The notes beneath the pieces were generated by a model. The model searched no databases and was not told where the DNA came from. It saw only the letters and a program-made list of their open reading frames with translations. The position numbers were made by a program, and so were the translations under genes. Shown in pieces: positions 38,210 to 48,350 of a stretch of 64,000 nucleotides of DNA. Each line of letters opens with the position of its first letter. Within the stretch, counting starts at the first letter, position 1. Origin of the DNA: a virus. The stretch lies in IMG/VR virus record IMGVR_UViG_3300042402_005830, positions 1 through 64,000 of that record; one strand, given 5' to 3'.

Positions 38210-38255
38210 CCTTTTTTATTTTATTGTAAATTATACGAATATAATTACAAGAAAA

Positions 38256-38283
38256 CAAAGTTAGGGTGTTAAGAGAATGTTAA
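38256..38283 (-). promoter_or_regulatory. TTAACA-N5-TTAACA direct repeat (OmpR/PhoB-type box) next to a TAACTTTG -7 element
   Basis: 11-bp periodic repeat at 38267-38272 and 38278-38283 upstream of the T9SS/TBDT pair. Confidence 0.5.
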
Positions 38284-38301
38284 CTCAAAAATAAACTTCT
38301 A

Positions 38302-38556
38302 TTATTTTTTACCCCTACAATAAGATCCTGAACATCTTTTTTTACCATCAAGACCCGCAATTTTACCTTTACACACTTGAACAGCATATCCATTCGCATA
38401 AGCACTTGGATAAACATCATATTTAGACTTCGCCGCAGAAATTCCACGAGCGCATAATTTGTTGGATTTTTTCTTTTTTTCGGTTAGGTAAGCCTCCAAG
38501 AGAAATCTTCTCATAATTTCTTTGAGGTCGTTATTGTTTAAATTAATCTTACTCAT
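38302..38556 (-). CDS. small basic protein (DUF5872-like)
   Basis: LCARG..AAK.KY.VYPSAYANGYAVQVCKG. Confidence 0.65.
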   Translation of the reverse strand: MSKINLNNNDLKEIMRRFLLEAYLTEKKKKSNKLCARGISAAKSKYDVYPSAYANGYAVQVCKGKIAGLDGKKRCSGSYCRGKK

Positions 38557-40028
38557 TTTTTACTCACTACTTGGAAGTTTATTTCGTTCTTATAACTAAC
38601 AATGTTGTTATTTTGATTTATTTGTAAATCAATAAAGTATTCATTAGGTATTTTATCCCTTAAATCCAATATAAAAAAGTATTCTTGAGGAGTCCTGTTG
38701 AGTTCAGTCCAATCCGTCACTTGAACTTCTGTTTGACCCTCCTTCACATAAATCCTATATTGAACATCTATATCATCAACAATATGTGATTTTGTATATG
38801 CTCTTTTAGGTATTACGGAAACTTTTCTTTGATCCGTGTTTAATATTTTTTCTGAGTATTTAATACCGTAGAAAGTGAATCCATATTCTTGAGTGTTCGG
38901 TAAAGAAGTATCATATTGAAGACTATCACTGAATGACTTCAGTTCAAATTCATTTTCAATATTTGATAAAGAAGTACCGTTGAAAATCAAGTTTTTCCAC
39001 TTGTCGGTGTATAAACAATTTAAATTACCACCTGTAATACCAGGTAATGTTACTTTATATATCCCCTTACTAATCCTACAAGTAGATAAATTAGACAACC
39101 CCGTAACCACCGTTCCATCTGGATCTAAAATATCAACTACAGGATTTGAATCTAAATTTATTGGAGATCCATTTCTTGAAATATATAGATAAAGATCATT
39201 GGAGGTTCCTTCTGTAAAATTAGGCCTACTGTCGTCAATTATGTCGTCCCATTTTGAGTATAAAAATGGTTCATAGAATGTTTGTGTATGTCTTGTGAAG
39301 AAACCAACTGAATAAGACTCACTTAATCCTGTTAAGTTCTCAACTTGAGGAACAAACGCTACACCCCACCCCACACTATCTGTAGTACCGCCAGTCAATA
39401 TATTATTGATTTCATTAGTCATATCAAATGAAATGTCTTCATCACCAAATTCAAAATGTTGTGTATCTACTATTGTAATTGCGGAATAATTTACTTTCCC
39501 ACTTGTTCCTGAATTATCATTAATATAAATTCCATCCGTACTCCAATCGTTTATCAATTCTCTTTGGAAGTAGTTTGATGGTCTTAAAGAATATGATTTA
39601 TCTGTTAAATCGAAATCATCTGTTGTGTTTTGAATATAATCATATCCAACACCTTCATCCCAAGTTTGAACACTTCCCGACGCACCATTTGATTTTGGAA
39701 TTCTAAATAATATAAGATCGAAAGATGTGGCTCGTCTTCTTCCATCACTTGTTGTTTCATTTAACAAATCTGAAAATGAAGAAGTATTGGTCATTCTTAA
39801 TTCGTGAGTAATATTTGTGTTACAACCAAAATTTAAATAACCATCGGTAATTTTTTGTTCAAGACCTGTAAGATCTAAATCAAAAATAAATCTTGAAAAG
39901 TTTTTTGTTCCGATTGCGGGAAAATTTGAACCAAAAAATAATTCAGTTACAGGGTTCCTACCTGTATTGACCTCTGAATTGAATAAAATGGTATTATTTC
40001 TTTTAAAATACGAACGGTGATCAGACAT
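38553..40028 (-). CDS. putative virion structural protein
   Basis: 491 aa, beta-rich, SRFIFDLD/WDEGVG motifs; late motif at 40044. Confidence 0.6.
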   Translation of the reverse strand: MSDHRSYFKRNNTILFNSEVNTGRNPVTELFFGSNFPAIGTKNFSRFIFDLDLTGLEQKITDGYLNFGCNTNITHELRMTNTSSFSDLLNETTSDGRRRATSFDLILFRIPKSNGASGSVQTWDEGVGYDYIQNTTDDFDLTDKSYSLRPSNYFQRELINDWSTDGIYINDNSGTSGKVNYSAITIVDTQHFEFGDEDISFDMTNEINNILTGGTTDSVGWGVAFVPQVENLTGLSESYSVGFFTRHTQTFYEPFLYSKWDDIIDDSRPNFTEGTSNDLYLYISRNGSPINLDSNPVVDILDPDGTVVTGLSNLSTCRISKGIYKVTLPGITGGNLNCLYTDKWKNLIFNGTSLSNIENEFELKSFSDSLQYDTSLPNTQEYGFTFYGIKYSEKILNTDQRKVSVIPKRAYTKSHIVDDIDVQYRIYVKEGQTEVQVTDWTELNRTPQEYFFILDLRDKIPNEYFIDLQINQNNNIVSYKNEINFQVVSKK

Positions 40029-40050
40029 ATTGATATTTTATCTATAAATA

Positions 40051-41595
40051 TCAATTTATCTTAAAGTTCTGACTTAAAACTTTTTGATATGCGTCCATCA
40101 TTTTTTTCATCAGTTCCGTAGTTGTAGATCCGTTGGTTGTTGTTGGAACTGGTGGTAATCCATGGAAGGAATGAACATGTGTAATTAGGTATTGAATTAT
40201 GTAATTTAATAGTTCAAGTAACTCCTCACCTCTTACCATTGATGAAACATTCCCTACAACATTTTCCGAAATAAAATCACCTGAAACACCATAATTGGTT
40301 CCTTCTAAATTAATTTGTTTTTTCCCTGGTATTACTGATTGGTGTGAAAGGAAATAAAACTTATCCGCTCCGAATATTTGAACTGTAGAATTCTCCGATG
40401 ATGTTTTCACATCCTCCAAATTAATTAATTTTGGTTGAACCGGATTTCCTTTTTTGTTTTTTGAGAATATAAGTCCAAAACCTCCAAATGTTTTAGATTC
40501 CGTCGTACTCAATGAAATTCCAACTTGAGACTGAAATGAAAGAGTATTGACCAAAGATAGTGGATCTGATGTTTGAGAAGAAACATTCAAAACATTTTTG
40601 GTGGGTCTATAATAGAATGGAAAAACATTCCCCAACGAAGGAGAAATAGCAAGGGTCGAATTTTTAAAATTAGTTAATAATGTGTTGATAAAATCAACCG
40701 AACCTGACATAGTAAGACCCTGAAACCCTTCGGTATATGCCAAACTTTTATTTTGAATTTCAGTATCAGGTAAAATATTCTTTGTTTTTATATTCTCACC
40801 TTCATTTATTCTATAAAAATAAACATTACCTGTGAAGTTAGATGTACTACTTAAGTTTATTATATCCCACTCAACCAAATATACAAGATTTGCATCGGTT
40901 TGCTCGGCTTTGATAAGTTTTTTTAAAGTTTTTTCAGAAGTGGTAGTTTCCAAATTAGAAATTTGAATGAACGCCCTTCTTGGGTTTTCGTATGGGAAAG
41001 TTGATCCATTTGCATTTCTCAAACCGATTGACTTTGCCTTACCAGAACGAAGAATAATATCTTCATCTTTTAAAATAATGTCCGTATTGTATCTTCCAAG
41101 AATAGCTATGTCATTTGGTTCAGGAAAAATAGATGCCGTTTTTGGGTTTTTATAACTTCCATCGATATTCTTGAGATCAGGTGACATCTTGTTTCTATCA
41201 CCAGTATTCAATAATGTTTCCGCATTTGCCGAAACATCTTTGTATTGTAAAGTAGGTGAGGAAATCGGACCCTGCATATAAAATTTATTCTTATCATCTT
41301 GAAATTCAGGATTTGAATAAACAATATGGACATACTCACCAACTTTTGGTATTTGTCTGAAGAAATAAGGCATCAAAGAGTTGAACACAAAAGGATCTTT
41401 TTTGGTCCAAAAATATTTAGAAGGAATATCACCAGGAATGTCAAAAACTTCGTTTGGGAAATTTGCCTTGACTATGTCATTTACATACCTTGTGGTGGGA
41501 AATGCTCTTATCCTACCCAACACAAGTGGATCATCTACTGAAACACACACTCCAGGATATATTATTCTTTTTGATGCTGCACTTGCGTCTAACAT
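40051..41595 (-). CDS. baseplate hub/spike protein (gp5/VgrG OB-fold-like)
   Basis: GVCVSVDDPLVLGRIRA...PKVGEYV N-terminus; C-terminal HVH motif. Confidence 0.7.
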   Translation of the reverse strand: MLDASAASKRIIYPGVCVSVDDPLVLGRIRAFPTTRYVNDIVKANFPNEVFDIPGDIPSKYFWTKKDPFVFNSLMPYFFRQIPKVGEYVHIVYSNPEFQDDKNKFYMQGPISSPTLQYKDVSANAETLLNTGDRNKMSPDLKNIDGSYKNPKTASIFPEPNDIAILGRYNTDIILKDEDIILRSGKAKSIGLRNANGSTFPYENPRRAFIQISNLETTTSEKTLKKLIKAEQTDANLVYLVEWDIINLSSTSNFTGNVYFYRINEGENIKTKNILPDTEIQNKSLAYTEGFQGLTMSGSVDFINTLLTNFKNSTLAISPSLGNVFPFYYRPTKNVLNVSSQTSDPLSLVNTLSFQSQVGISLSTTESKTFGGFGLIFSKNKKGNPVQPKLINLEDVKTSSENSTVQIFGADKFYFLSHQSVIPGKKQINLEGTNYGVSGDFISENVVGNVSSMVRGEELLELLNYIIQYLITHVHSFHGLPPVPTTTNGSTTTELMKKMMDAYQKVLSQNFKIN

Positions 41596-41597
41596 AA

Positions 41598-41810
41598 TTA
41601 GATGTTGGTTCTTTCTTTATACTTATTCAATAGTTCATTATAGACAGTTTCAGTAATCAACATATGTTCTGAGATTTTTTCAATCATTTTTTTTGATTCA
41701 TCAAAATCTCTCCTTAAGACATCTAAAACCTCTGTCACTTTTTTGTTGGGAGTGTTGTCAAAGTCCGAAATTACGGATTTTATTAATTTTTGTTCTTGTT
41801 CTGTTATCAT
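41598..41810 (-). CDS. hypothetical protein
   Basis: 70-aa coupled ORF. Confidence 0.65.
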   Translation of the reverse strand: MITEQEQKLIKSVISDFDNTPNKKVTEVLDVLRRDFDESKKMIEKISEHMLITETVYNELLNKYKERTNI

Positions 41811-43747
41811 ATCAGTTTTCCAAATAAAGATGCTGGTGATAGGTAAGGTCCTGCTATTGAAATTAACGGTTGGGAAGGAGAACCCAAATTAATTGTCGAA
41901 ACTTGAACTTTAGAGTTCTCATCCATCTCTCTCTTATAAGCACTAATTAAAGAAAAATCATGAATCAAACCCAAATTGGGTGATCCATCAGGTAAATCTC
42001 CAGTCGGATAACCTAATTTATCTAAAGTTTCTGTGTGATTGTTAAATGCTCTCACGGCAGAAAATCCTTCCAATAAAGAAGAAAAGGCAAGGGCGGGTAG
42101 TGGTATTTTCAATTTTGGAGCAAGTAACCTGAGAAGGGTTAATAATTCATCCGTTATACTTCTACATCTTTTATAGTCACGAATTAAATTAACAACAACA
42201 AATGCGATAGATAAAAGTTTTGTAATGATAATTATGTAAGTATTTTTACTTTTTTCACTAATATCTTTATTTAAACTAACGATTAGATTATAGATTTGTT
42301 TTTTGATCAAAACAACTAATACTTCTTTGAATTTTGCTTGAATTTCTGAAATTAGGACCACCATTATATTTCTCATTTCTCTTAAGAAAGTTTGAAAATC
42401 TTCCACCGCATCTACAAAATTTTGTTTTAAGGCTTTGAACATTATGAATATGGGTAACAAAACTTTAGGGCTAATCAAAGACATCACAATAATCTTTGGT
42501 AATTGTTTTATTATCTCTAAATTTAAAACAAGATTGAAGTCAATCGTAGGTAGTGAAGGTCCCCACTCTGGATTTTGAGAAATATCTTTTATAGCTTCGA
42601 TTAATTCTTCTTGAAGTTGTTCATCGGTTTTATCACCGGCATTTTCCCATATGTTGGAAATTGAATTGACTACTTGATTGTAGTCGATTGGTAATTTTAC
42701 ATTACCACAATCCTCAAATTCAACCACACGATTCAATGTGTTATTAACATCGTTATTAACATCTCTTAATTCGAATTCTGTCAATTCAAAAAACGACTCA
42801 TCAATTTCTTCTAATATTGAAACTTTAGAAGTTCCACCAACCTCAATCTCTTGAGTGTTGTCAAAACACAAACCAAGAATTCTTTGTATTATTTTCAAAG
42901 CAACTGAAACATCCTCCAATTTTTTAGAACCTACTTCTAAATCCATGTCGACCGAAGATGTAAGAACATTTAAAGAGTTTTTTACAATGTCCGAAAAATC
43001 AAATATTTGAATTGATTGATAATAATCAACTAAGAAATCGGCGACTAAAGTTGGAGAATTTAATTTAGGTTGAAGAGTAACCTCAAAAAAATCTCCGTAG
43101 TTTCCTGTATTCTGATCTTGAACAACATATTTTATATCAAAAAGATCCTGATTAGAAAATCCTTTATAAAATTGTCCATATTGTTCTGAATAAGATTGAT
43201 CACTTTGAGTTCTATTATATAACTCACGGTTCATCGAAAAAGGGTTGTTCTGTATGGATAAACTTTCTTTTTCGTATAAGATCTTGGTTTTATTATTGTC
43301 AGGAGAATACTTCAAATATTCTAAAAGATCAATAGAGTCAAGTTTTATGTATATTTTTTCGTTGGGAATATACTGTTGCTCTTGCTCACACCCTAAAGCT
43401 TTGATTGTTGAGTCCGCTAATAAAGTTGGTAATTGATTTTTCACCTCTCTCGACGCATCCAACATCGCCTTCAACAATATATCAATAGTTTCATTTCCTG
43501 TTTCAGGATTTCTAACCAATTCAATTAATTTGTCATATTGATTTTTGACGGCAGACGAATTGAATGCTTCGGAAGCTTTTGTTTTAGCTGAGTTTAAAGA
43601 TTCAGAGAAAAATTTGTTACTTGCGGTCTCAGCATCACCTGATTTTTTTTCAATATCTTTTATTTGTTTAGATATTTTTTTGTATTTTTGACCACTTTTG
43701 ATTTTTCCCTTTATCTCATCAAATTCGTTATTTAAATCAAGTGCCAT
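41807..43747 (-). CDS. large helical hypothetical protein (tail/baseplate region)
   Basis: 646-aa ORF within the operon. Confidence 0.7.
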   Translation of the reverse strand: MALDLNNEFDEIKGKIKSGQKYKKISKQIKDIEKKSGDAETASNKFFSESLNSAKTKASEAFNSSAVKNQYDKLIELVRNPETGNETIDILLKAMLDASREVKNQLPTLLADSTIKALGCEQEQQYIPNEKIYIKLDSIDLLEYLKYSPDNNKTKILYEKESLSIQNNPFSMNRELYNRTQSDQSYSEQYGQFYKGFSNQDLFDIKYVVQDQNTGNYGDFFEVTLQPKLNSPTLVADFLVDYYQSIQIFDFSDIVKNSLNVLTSSVDMDLEVGSKKLEDVSVALKIIQRILGLCFDNTQEIEVGGTSKVSILEEIDESFFELTEFELRDVNNDVNNTLNRVVEFEDCGNVKLPIDYNQVVNSISNIWENAGDKTDEQLQEELIEAIKDISQNPEWGPSLPTIDFNLVLNLEIIKQLPKIIVMSLISPKVLLPIFIMFKALKQNFVDAVEDFQTFLREMRNIMVVLISEIQAKFKEVLVVLIKKQIYNLIVSLNKDISEKSKNTYIIIITKLLSIAFVVVNLIRDYKRCRSITDELLTLLRLLAPKLKIPLPALAFSSLLEGFSAVRAFNNHTETLDKLGYPTGDLPDGSPNLGLIHDFSLISAYKREMDENSKVQVSTINLGSPSQPLISIAGPYLSPASLFGKLI

Positions 43748-44118
43748 TATTTGAGATGGTATTTACCATCATCAAGTTTGTCAATGTCTTTTCCAATCAA
43801 ATTTTGAAGAACATCATCATCAATTTCACTCAAACTAAAGTTTTCTTCATTGTTGTTATTTGACTTTTCCCAAATTTGAGATTGAAGTTTTGATAAACTT
43901 AATTTTTTCTCGATGGTGTCATTTATTATTTTTTGTTGTTCTTTAATAATTGGTCCCAAAACTGTAAGATCTTCAGCATCTTTCATTAGTGATGCCATCT
44001 TATTTTGTAATCTTATTGCGGTATTTCTTTGTTCAACTAATTCGTTATAAATTTCTTGCATAAGACCCAAAATAGAATCTTTAGATAATTTAATTTCTTT
44101 TCTACGAGGTTTTGTCAT
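43747..44118 (-). CDS. coiled-coil hypothetical protein
   Basis: 123-aa ORF. Confidence 0.7.
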   Translation of the reverse strand: MTKPRRKEIKLSKDSILGLMQEIYNELVEQRNTAIRLQNKMASLMKDAEDLTVLGPIIKEQQKIINDTIEKKLSLSKLQSQIWEKSNNNNEENFSLSEIDDDVLQNLIGKDIDKLDDGKYHLK

Positions 44119-44126
44119 ATCTATAA

Positions 44127-44870
44127 TTATTCGGAATTCAATTTATTTAGGAATTCAAAATAAAGACCCCTGTATTTTTTTATTGAACTTCTTACTTCTT
44201 TGGTTGACATGTTTGTCATTTCACGGATAGATAATAAAATGACATTTTTGTTAAATTTGTTGTTGTCGTTTCCCAAAAAAACTCGTTCATAGTTTTTCAA
44301 TAACTCTACTAACGCATAACCCAATTTTATTTCATTTGTGTTTAAATCCGATTTCTCAATAAAATCCTCTAATTTTTCCACATACATCTCAATAATTTCG
44401 GTGGTTTCTACATTTTCGTATTCTAAATAATATATTAAGTCAGGACGATTTTCTAAATTGGACGAAATATCTTCATAAGATATTCTTCGGTTCTGATCTT
44501 TTTGGTCTTTTATAATTTGACCCATTAGGTAATTCTTACATATTGTTCCAAAATAAGAATATGCTTTTTTATTTTTTTCAGGTTTGAACTTATCTACCTT
44601 TGTCAATAAAAAAGAATGTGTATCACTGTGAATGTCAGCAAAGTCCATATCTTTTCTATATAACTTATATCTTCTTATGATTGAGGAAATCATCTTATCC
44701 AAAGGTGCATGGAGGAATTCATCATAAATACGATTTTTCTCACCCCATGATTTCGCTTCAAGGAACATGCGCACGGCATGTTCCTCTCTTTCTGCGAAAT
44801 AATTCTTTTCTTTCGGCTTTCGCCCTTTTTTTACCTGTTCTGTGTTAGTTGTCGCTGAGGCTGGGTTCAT
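44127..44870 (-). CDS. phage sigma-factor-like protein (T4 gp55-like late sigma)
   Basis: KNYF N-terminus and FKPEKNKKAYSYFGTICKN, resembling the gp55 region-2 FDPEK..NPFAYFTQI motif. Confidence 0.6.
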   Translation of the reverse strand: MNPASATTNTEQVKKGRKPKEKNYFAEREEHAVRMFLEAKSWGEKNRIYDEFLHAPLDKMISSIIRRYKLYRKDMDFADIHSDTHSFLLTKVDKFKPEKNKKAYSYFGTICKNYLMGQIIKDQKDQNRRISYEDISSNLENRPDLIYYLEYENVETTEIIEMYVEKLEDFIEKSDLNTNEIKLGYALVELLKNYERVFLGNDNNKFNKNVILLSIREMTNMSTKEVRSSIKKYRGLYFEFLNKLNSE

Positions 44871-45678
44871 CCACTAATTCAGGTTCGTATTTTATTTCCC
44901 TATCCTGAATAAAGAAGTATTCTTTTTTCGCCACTTCCAACCAAAACTTCGCCTCATCAGGACTTAAGGGATTGTCACCGAACTTATAATTCCAAAAGAT
45001 GGATCCCAATCTCATATTCGTATGTTTGTAACCAATTCTAGGAATGGTTCTTATTATTGCGGAATTATATGTCATTCTCATCAAGAATTCATATACAAAA
45101 GTTAACTTCATAGATTCTTTAAAACCACCGTAATCAATGAAAGTGTCTTTTCTGATTACCATACCACTACTTTGAAAGTTCTGAAAACGAGCAAGTAGAT
45201 CATTTGTTAAAAGTGAGTAGTCTAAGTTGAAGTTGGCAGCAAAAGTAGCTTCGTTAGTGAATCCTGCAAATTGGTTTTTCTCATCGACATCAACAACGAC
45301 AGGTAAAAACCCTTGTGATTCAGGATATGCTTTTTTATGAATTTCGACATGTTTAAACCAAATCGCAGAATATTCGTCATCAAATTCACAAAAAGAAACC
45401 CAATCATTCTTCGCTTTTGAGACCCCGTAGTTCACTTGTGATTGAAAGGATGGATCTCCTTCAAAAGTTTCAATTCTTACAATGTCACTCAAGGATCCAA
45501 AATCATAATCGGTCAAAAATGTTTGAAGGGATTCTTCTTCAGTAGGAACAATCAATAATTCAGTAGGTAATACCTTTTGATTTTGAATTGATTCGATCAA
45601 CTTACCAAAGTATTCATCAAAATCTTTACTCTTCGATGATTTAATTGGTAAAATTACACTTATATTTGAGGTTTCCAT
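44845..45678 (-). CDS. GT2-like glycosyltransferase
   Basis: ISVILP, VNYGV..A..DWVSFCEFDD, YGGF. Confidence 0.75.
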   Translation of the reverse strand: METSNISVILPIKSSKSKDFDEYFGKLIESIQNQKVLPTELLIVPTEEESLQTFLTDYDFGSLSDIVRIETFEGDPSFQSQVNYGVSKAKNDWVSFCEFDDEYSAIWFKHVEIHKKAYPESQGFLPVVVDVDEKNQFAGFTNEATFAANFNLDYSLLTNDLLARFQNFQSSGMVIRKDTFIDYGGFKESMKLTFVYEFLMRMTYNSAIIRTIPRIGYKHTNMRLGSIFWNYKFGDNPLSPDEAKFWLEVAKKEYFFIQDREIKYEPELVDEPSLSDN

Positions 45679-46739
45679 TATTCTACTTCTACGGGTTTAA
45701 GTTTATTAAGTTGTTGTTCTAAAGATTCTATTCTTGCGTCAACATATTCATTAAAAAGATTCAAAGCGGTAGTATTAAATTTGTCTTCGTTTTGGTAATT
45801 TTGAGCGGTAATTAAACCCTCTTCAATCAAACCTTCAGAAACATTATCCTCCAACCAGTTCTTTATATAGTCGGCCAAAATATCAACAATTTCAAAGTTA
45901 TTAGTTGTCCAAATACCGTTTTTTTCATTAATCCATTCAGGTTCTATGTAAGGAATTCTACCAATTACGGGAGTTCCTGTGGACATTGATTCGAGAGGGA
46001 ATGTTCCGAAACTTGATTTCTCATCAATCCAAACCGAAACACATGCATCCCTTAATGGTTCAAAGAACTGATCTTGATTCATCGATCTCATATCTCGGAA
46101 AGTGAACCAACGGTATTGCGGATATTTCTGATAAAAAGTTTTGATCAAATTCAAAGAATCTCTTTGTTCTCTTGAATGAATTGCAATGATTGGTTTTGCC
46201 GGTTTATCTTTCTCTGTTGCATATTTTGACAAAGAAACAGGTAAAATATCTACGGATACACCTCTGAAAACATCACGAACTTTTTCAGCAAGTTTTCCGG
46301 AGGTTGTGAGACACTTATAAACACCAAAACCATTCCAACTCTGACCTGGTTTGAGAGTTTCAAATATATGATCATAAGCTTGAGTCAAAACAACCTTACC
46401 ACAGGGTAAGGATTGAACCTGTTCAATGATATATCCAAGTAATTCTGGTATAATCAAAAAGTCCTCAACTCCAACCTGTAAGTTCTGACCATTCACATAA
46501 TTCTCCTCCAAGTCCTCATAACCATCACCCAACCAAGATTTGTGAGATGTGAATCCTTTTTCTTCAAACAAAATTATGGCATTTTTACCATTATCTTTTA
46601 AGGTTCTTGCAATATCATAAATGTATTTTATCGATGCTTTCGCATTTCCCTTTGTATCTTGTACAAAAAAATAGAATTTATTGGTTCCATTTTTTAGTGA
46701 CAAAATTGTTTTTTCAATTTTTACTGTATTATCTGTCAT
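45678..46739 (-). CDS. GT-B fold glycosyltransferase-like protein
   Basis: DFLIIPE and SSFGTFPLESMSTGTPVIG motifs. Confidence 0.7.
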   Translation of the reverse strand: MTDNTVKIEKTILSLKNGTNKFYFFVQDTKGNAKASIKYIYDIARTLKDNGKNAIILFEEKGFTSHKSWLGDGYEDLEENYVNGQNLQVGVEDFLIIPELLGYIIEQVQSLPCGKVVLTQAYDHIFETLKPGQSWNGFGVYKCLTTSGKLAEKVRDVFRGVSVDILPVSLSKYATEKDKPAKPIIAIHSREQRDSLNLIKTFYQKYPQYRWFTFRDMRSMNQDQFFEPLRDACVSVWIDEKSSFGTFPLESMSTGTPVIGRIPYIEPEWINEKNGIWTTNNFEIVDILADYIKNWLEDNVSEGLIEEGLITAQNYQNEDKFNTTALNLFNEYVDARIESLEQQLNKLKPVEVE

Positions 46740-47022
46740 CGTCTTCCGATTTTTTCAATATATTATCTTTAACTAAAGTATTAAACGCCAATTTAAATGG
46801 TATTGGAACATCACTTCCTCTAATTCCCATCGCTTCATCTACATCATCTTTCTCGGTCATTAAGACCTCAATCAGAAATTTGTAAACCTCATAACTTACA
46901 ACATTTATTGTCTGACCTTGTTCTTCATCATCTTTTTGATTTTTTGGGTCAAAGTCGAGACGCAATTTTGTATCTAAATAATTTAAATCTAAATACCATT
47001 CATCACCAAAAATTTTAAACAT
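46729..47022 (-). CDS. hypothetical protein
   Basis: 97-aa coupled ORF. Confidence 0.7.
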   Translation of the reverse strand: MFKIFGDEWYLDLNYLDTKLRLDFDPKNQKDDEEQGQTINVVSYEVYKFLIEVLMTEKDDVDEAMGIRGSDVPIPFKLAFNTLVKDNILKKSEDDDR

Positions 47023-47629
47023 TTAATATATTATTTTTATAATAATTTATAAACTCTTCCAAAGAGTAAATCTTTTTATCGTGTTCAAAAGAGGAGTTCT
47101 GTTCATTTGAGAATAAAACCATGTGTTTCATCCATTTTTTATACTCTTTTATAAGAGCAGTATTACAAGTTACCAACACATCGATGTCTTTAAAGATTTT
47201 ATCAATTGTTTTGTTATTATAGAAAATAACCTCTTCAATCTCACATCCAAACTTGGATAAGAAAAAGAGTGTTGACGGTTTTGATTTACCGAACTCGTCA
47301 GAAACAATTACAATTTCATTTTCATCTCTTAATTCCTTATAAATCTTATCCAAACTTACAAAGGTGTTCATCTCTGTTGAAGGAGCGTGACCAAAAATTG
47401 TCATAGGATTTTCAACATATATAAAATCATAAAGTTCCTCATCAGATTTAAATTTAAAGTGATCTTTGATAATTTCAGTATTGATTGGCCTTACAATCTC
47501 ATACTTGAAATCATCGGACACCTCTTCCTCCCCAACCTCCAACTCTTCAATCATCAACTTCTCGTAAGTAGATTCCAATTTTTTAATGGTGTCCCGAAGA
47601 ACACCATTTACCTCAAACGCTATTCTCAT
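47015..47629 (-). CDS. HAD-like 5'(3')-nucleotidase-like protein with degenerate motif I
   Basis: MRIAFEVNGVLRD (DxD replaced by ExN). Confidence 0.55.
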   Translation of the reverse strand: MRIAFEVNGVLRDTIKKLESTYEKLMIEELEVGEEEVSDDFKYEIVRPINTEIIKDHFKFKSDEELYDFIYVENPMTIFGHAPSTEMNTFVSLDKIYKELRDENEIVIVSDEFGKSKPSTLFFLSKFGCEIEEVIFYNNKTIDKIFKDIDVLVTCNTALIKEYKKWMKHMVLFSNEQNSSFEHDKKIYSLEEFINYYKNNILNV

Positions 47630-48342
47630 TGTTCGTATTTATCCAATATTTTATTGATGAGAGGATTACGGATAATATCTTTATTATCAAAACTAAAAAC
47701 ACCTATATCTTCAACATCCTTAAATTTCATAAGTGCATCATAAAGACCTGAATGTGTTTTGTCTTTATATCTATCTGTTTGTTCCAAGTCACCTGAAATG
47801 AAGAATTTACTATTAAAACCAATTCTTGTCAAAAGAAGTTTCATTTGTTTTGGAGTTGCGTTTTGGCCTTCTTCAAATATCAAAATAGAATTATCAATAT
47901 TCATTCCCCTCATATAAGCCAACGCAAATACCTCAATAATCTCAACTTCCTTTAGTTTTTCTCTTGCTTCCTTTCCAATGATTTTATTCATAAGATAGTA
48001 ACTTGGAAAAATGTATGGATCCAACTTCTCCTCTACATTACCCGGAAGTGATCCGAGTTTTTCTTCTGCCTCAACGGCGGGTCTTACAATAATAATTTTT
48101 TCATAACCGTTTTCAGGATCACATAAAAGATCAATTGCTGCTCTCATGGCAACAAACGACTTACCAACACCTGCAGGACCCGAACAGATTGTAATCTGAT
48201 TCTTACAAAGAATATCATAATATTCCTTTTGTGAATCAGTTAAAAACTTTTTTCGTTGTCTTTTAGTTACAATAGAATTTATTAAATCCTTTTTATTAAC
48301 ATAAACTTCTCTTGGTTTAACTTCCTCTTTTTTTCTTTGCAT
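47626..48342 (-). CDS. phoH: PhoH family ATPase
   Basis: GPAGVGKS, RPAVEAEEKLGSLPG, AYMRG, LLTRIG, GDLEQTD. Confidence 0.93.
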   Translation of the reverse strand: MQRKKEEVKPREVYVNKKDLINSIVTKRQRKKFLTDSQKEYYDILCKNQITICSGPAGVGKSFVAMRAAIDLLCDPENGYEKIIIVRPAVEAEEKLGSLPGNVEEKLDPYIFPSYYLMNKIIGKEAREKLKEVEIIEVFALAYMRGMNIDNSILIFEEGQNATPKQMKLLLTRIGFNSKFFISGDLEQTDRYKDKTHSGLYDALMKFKDVEDIGVFSFDNKDIIRNPLINKILDKYEQ

Positions 48343-48350
48343 TTTTTTAA

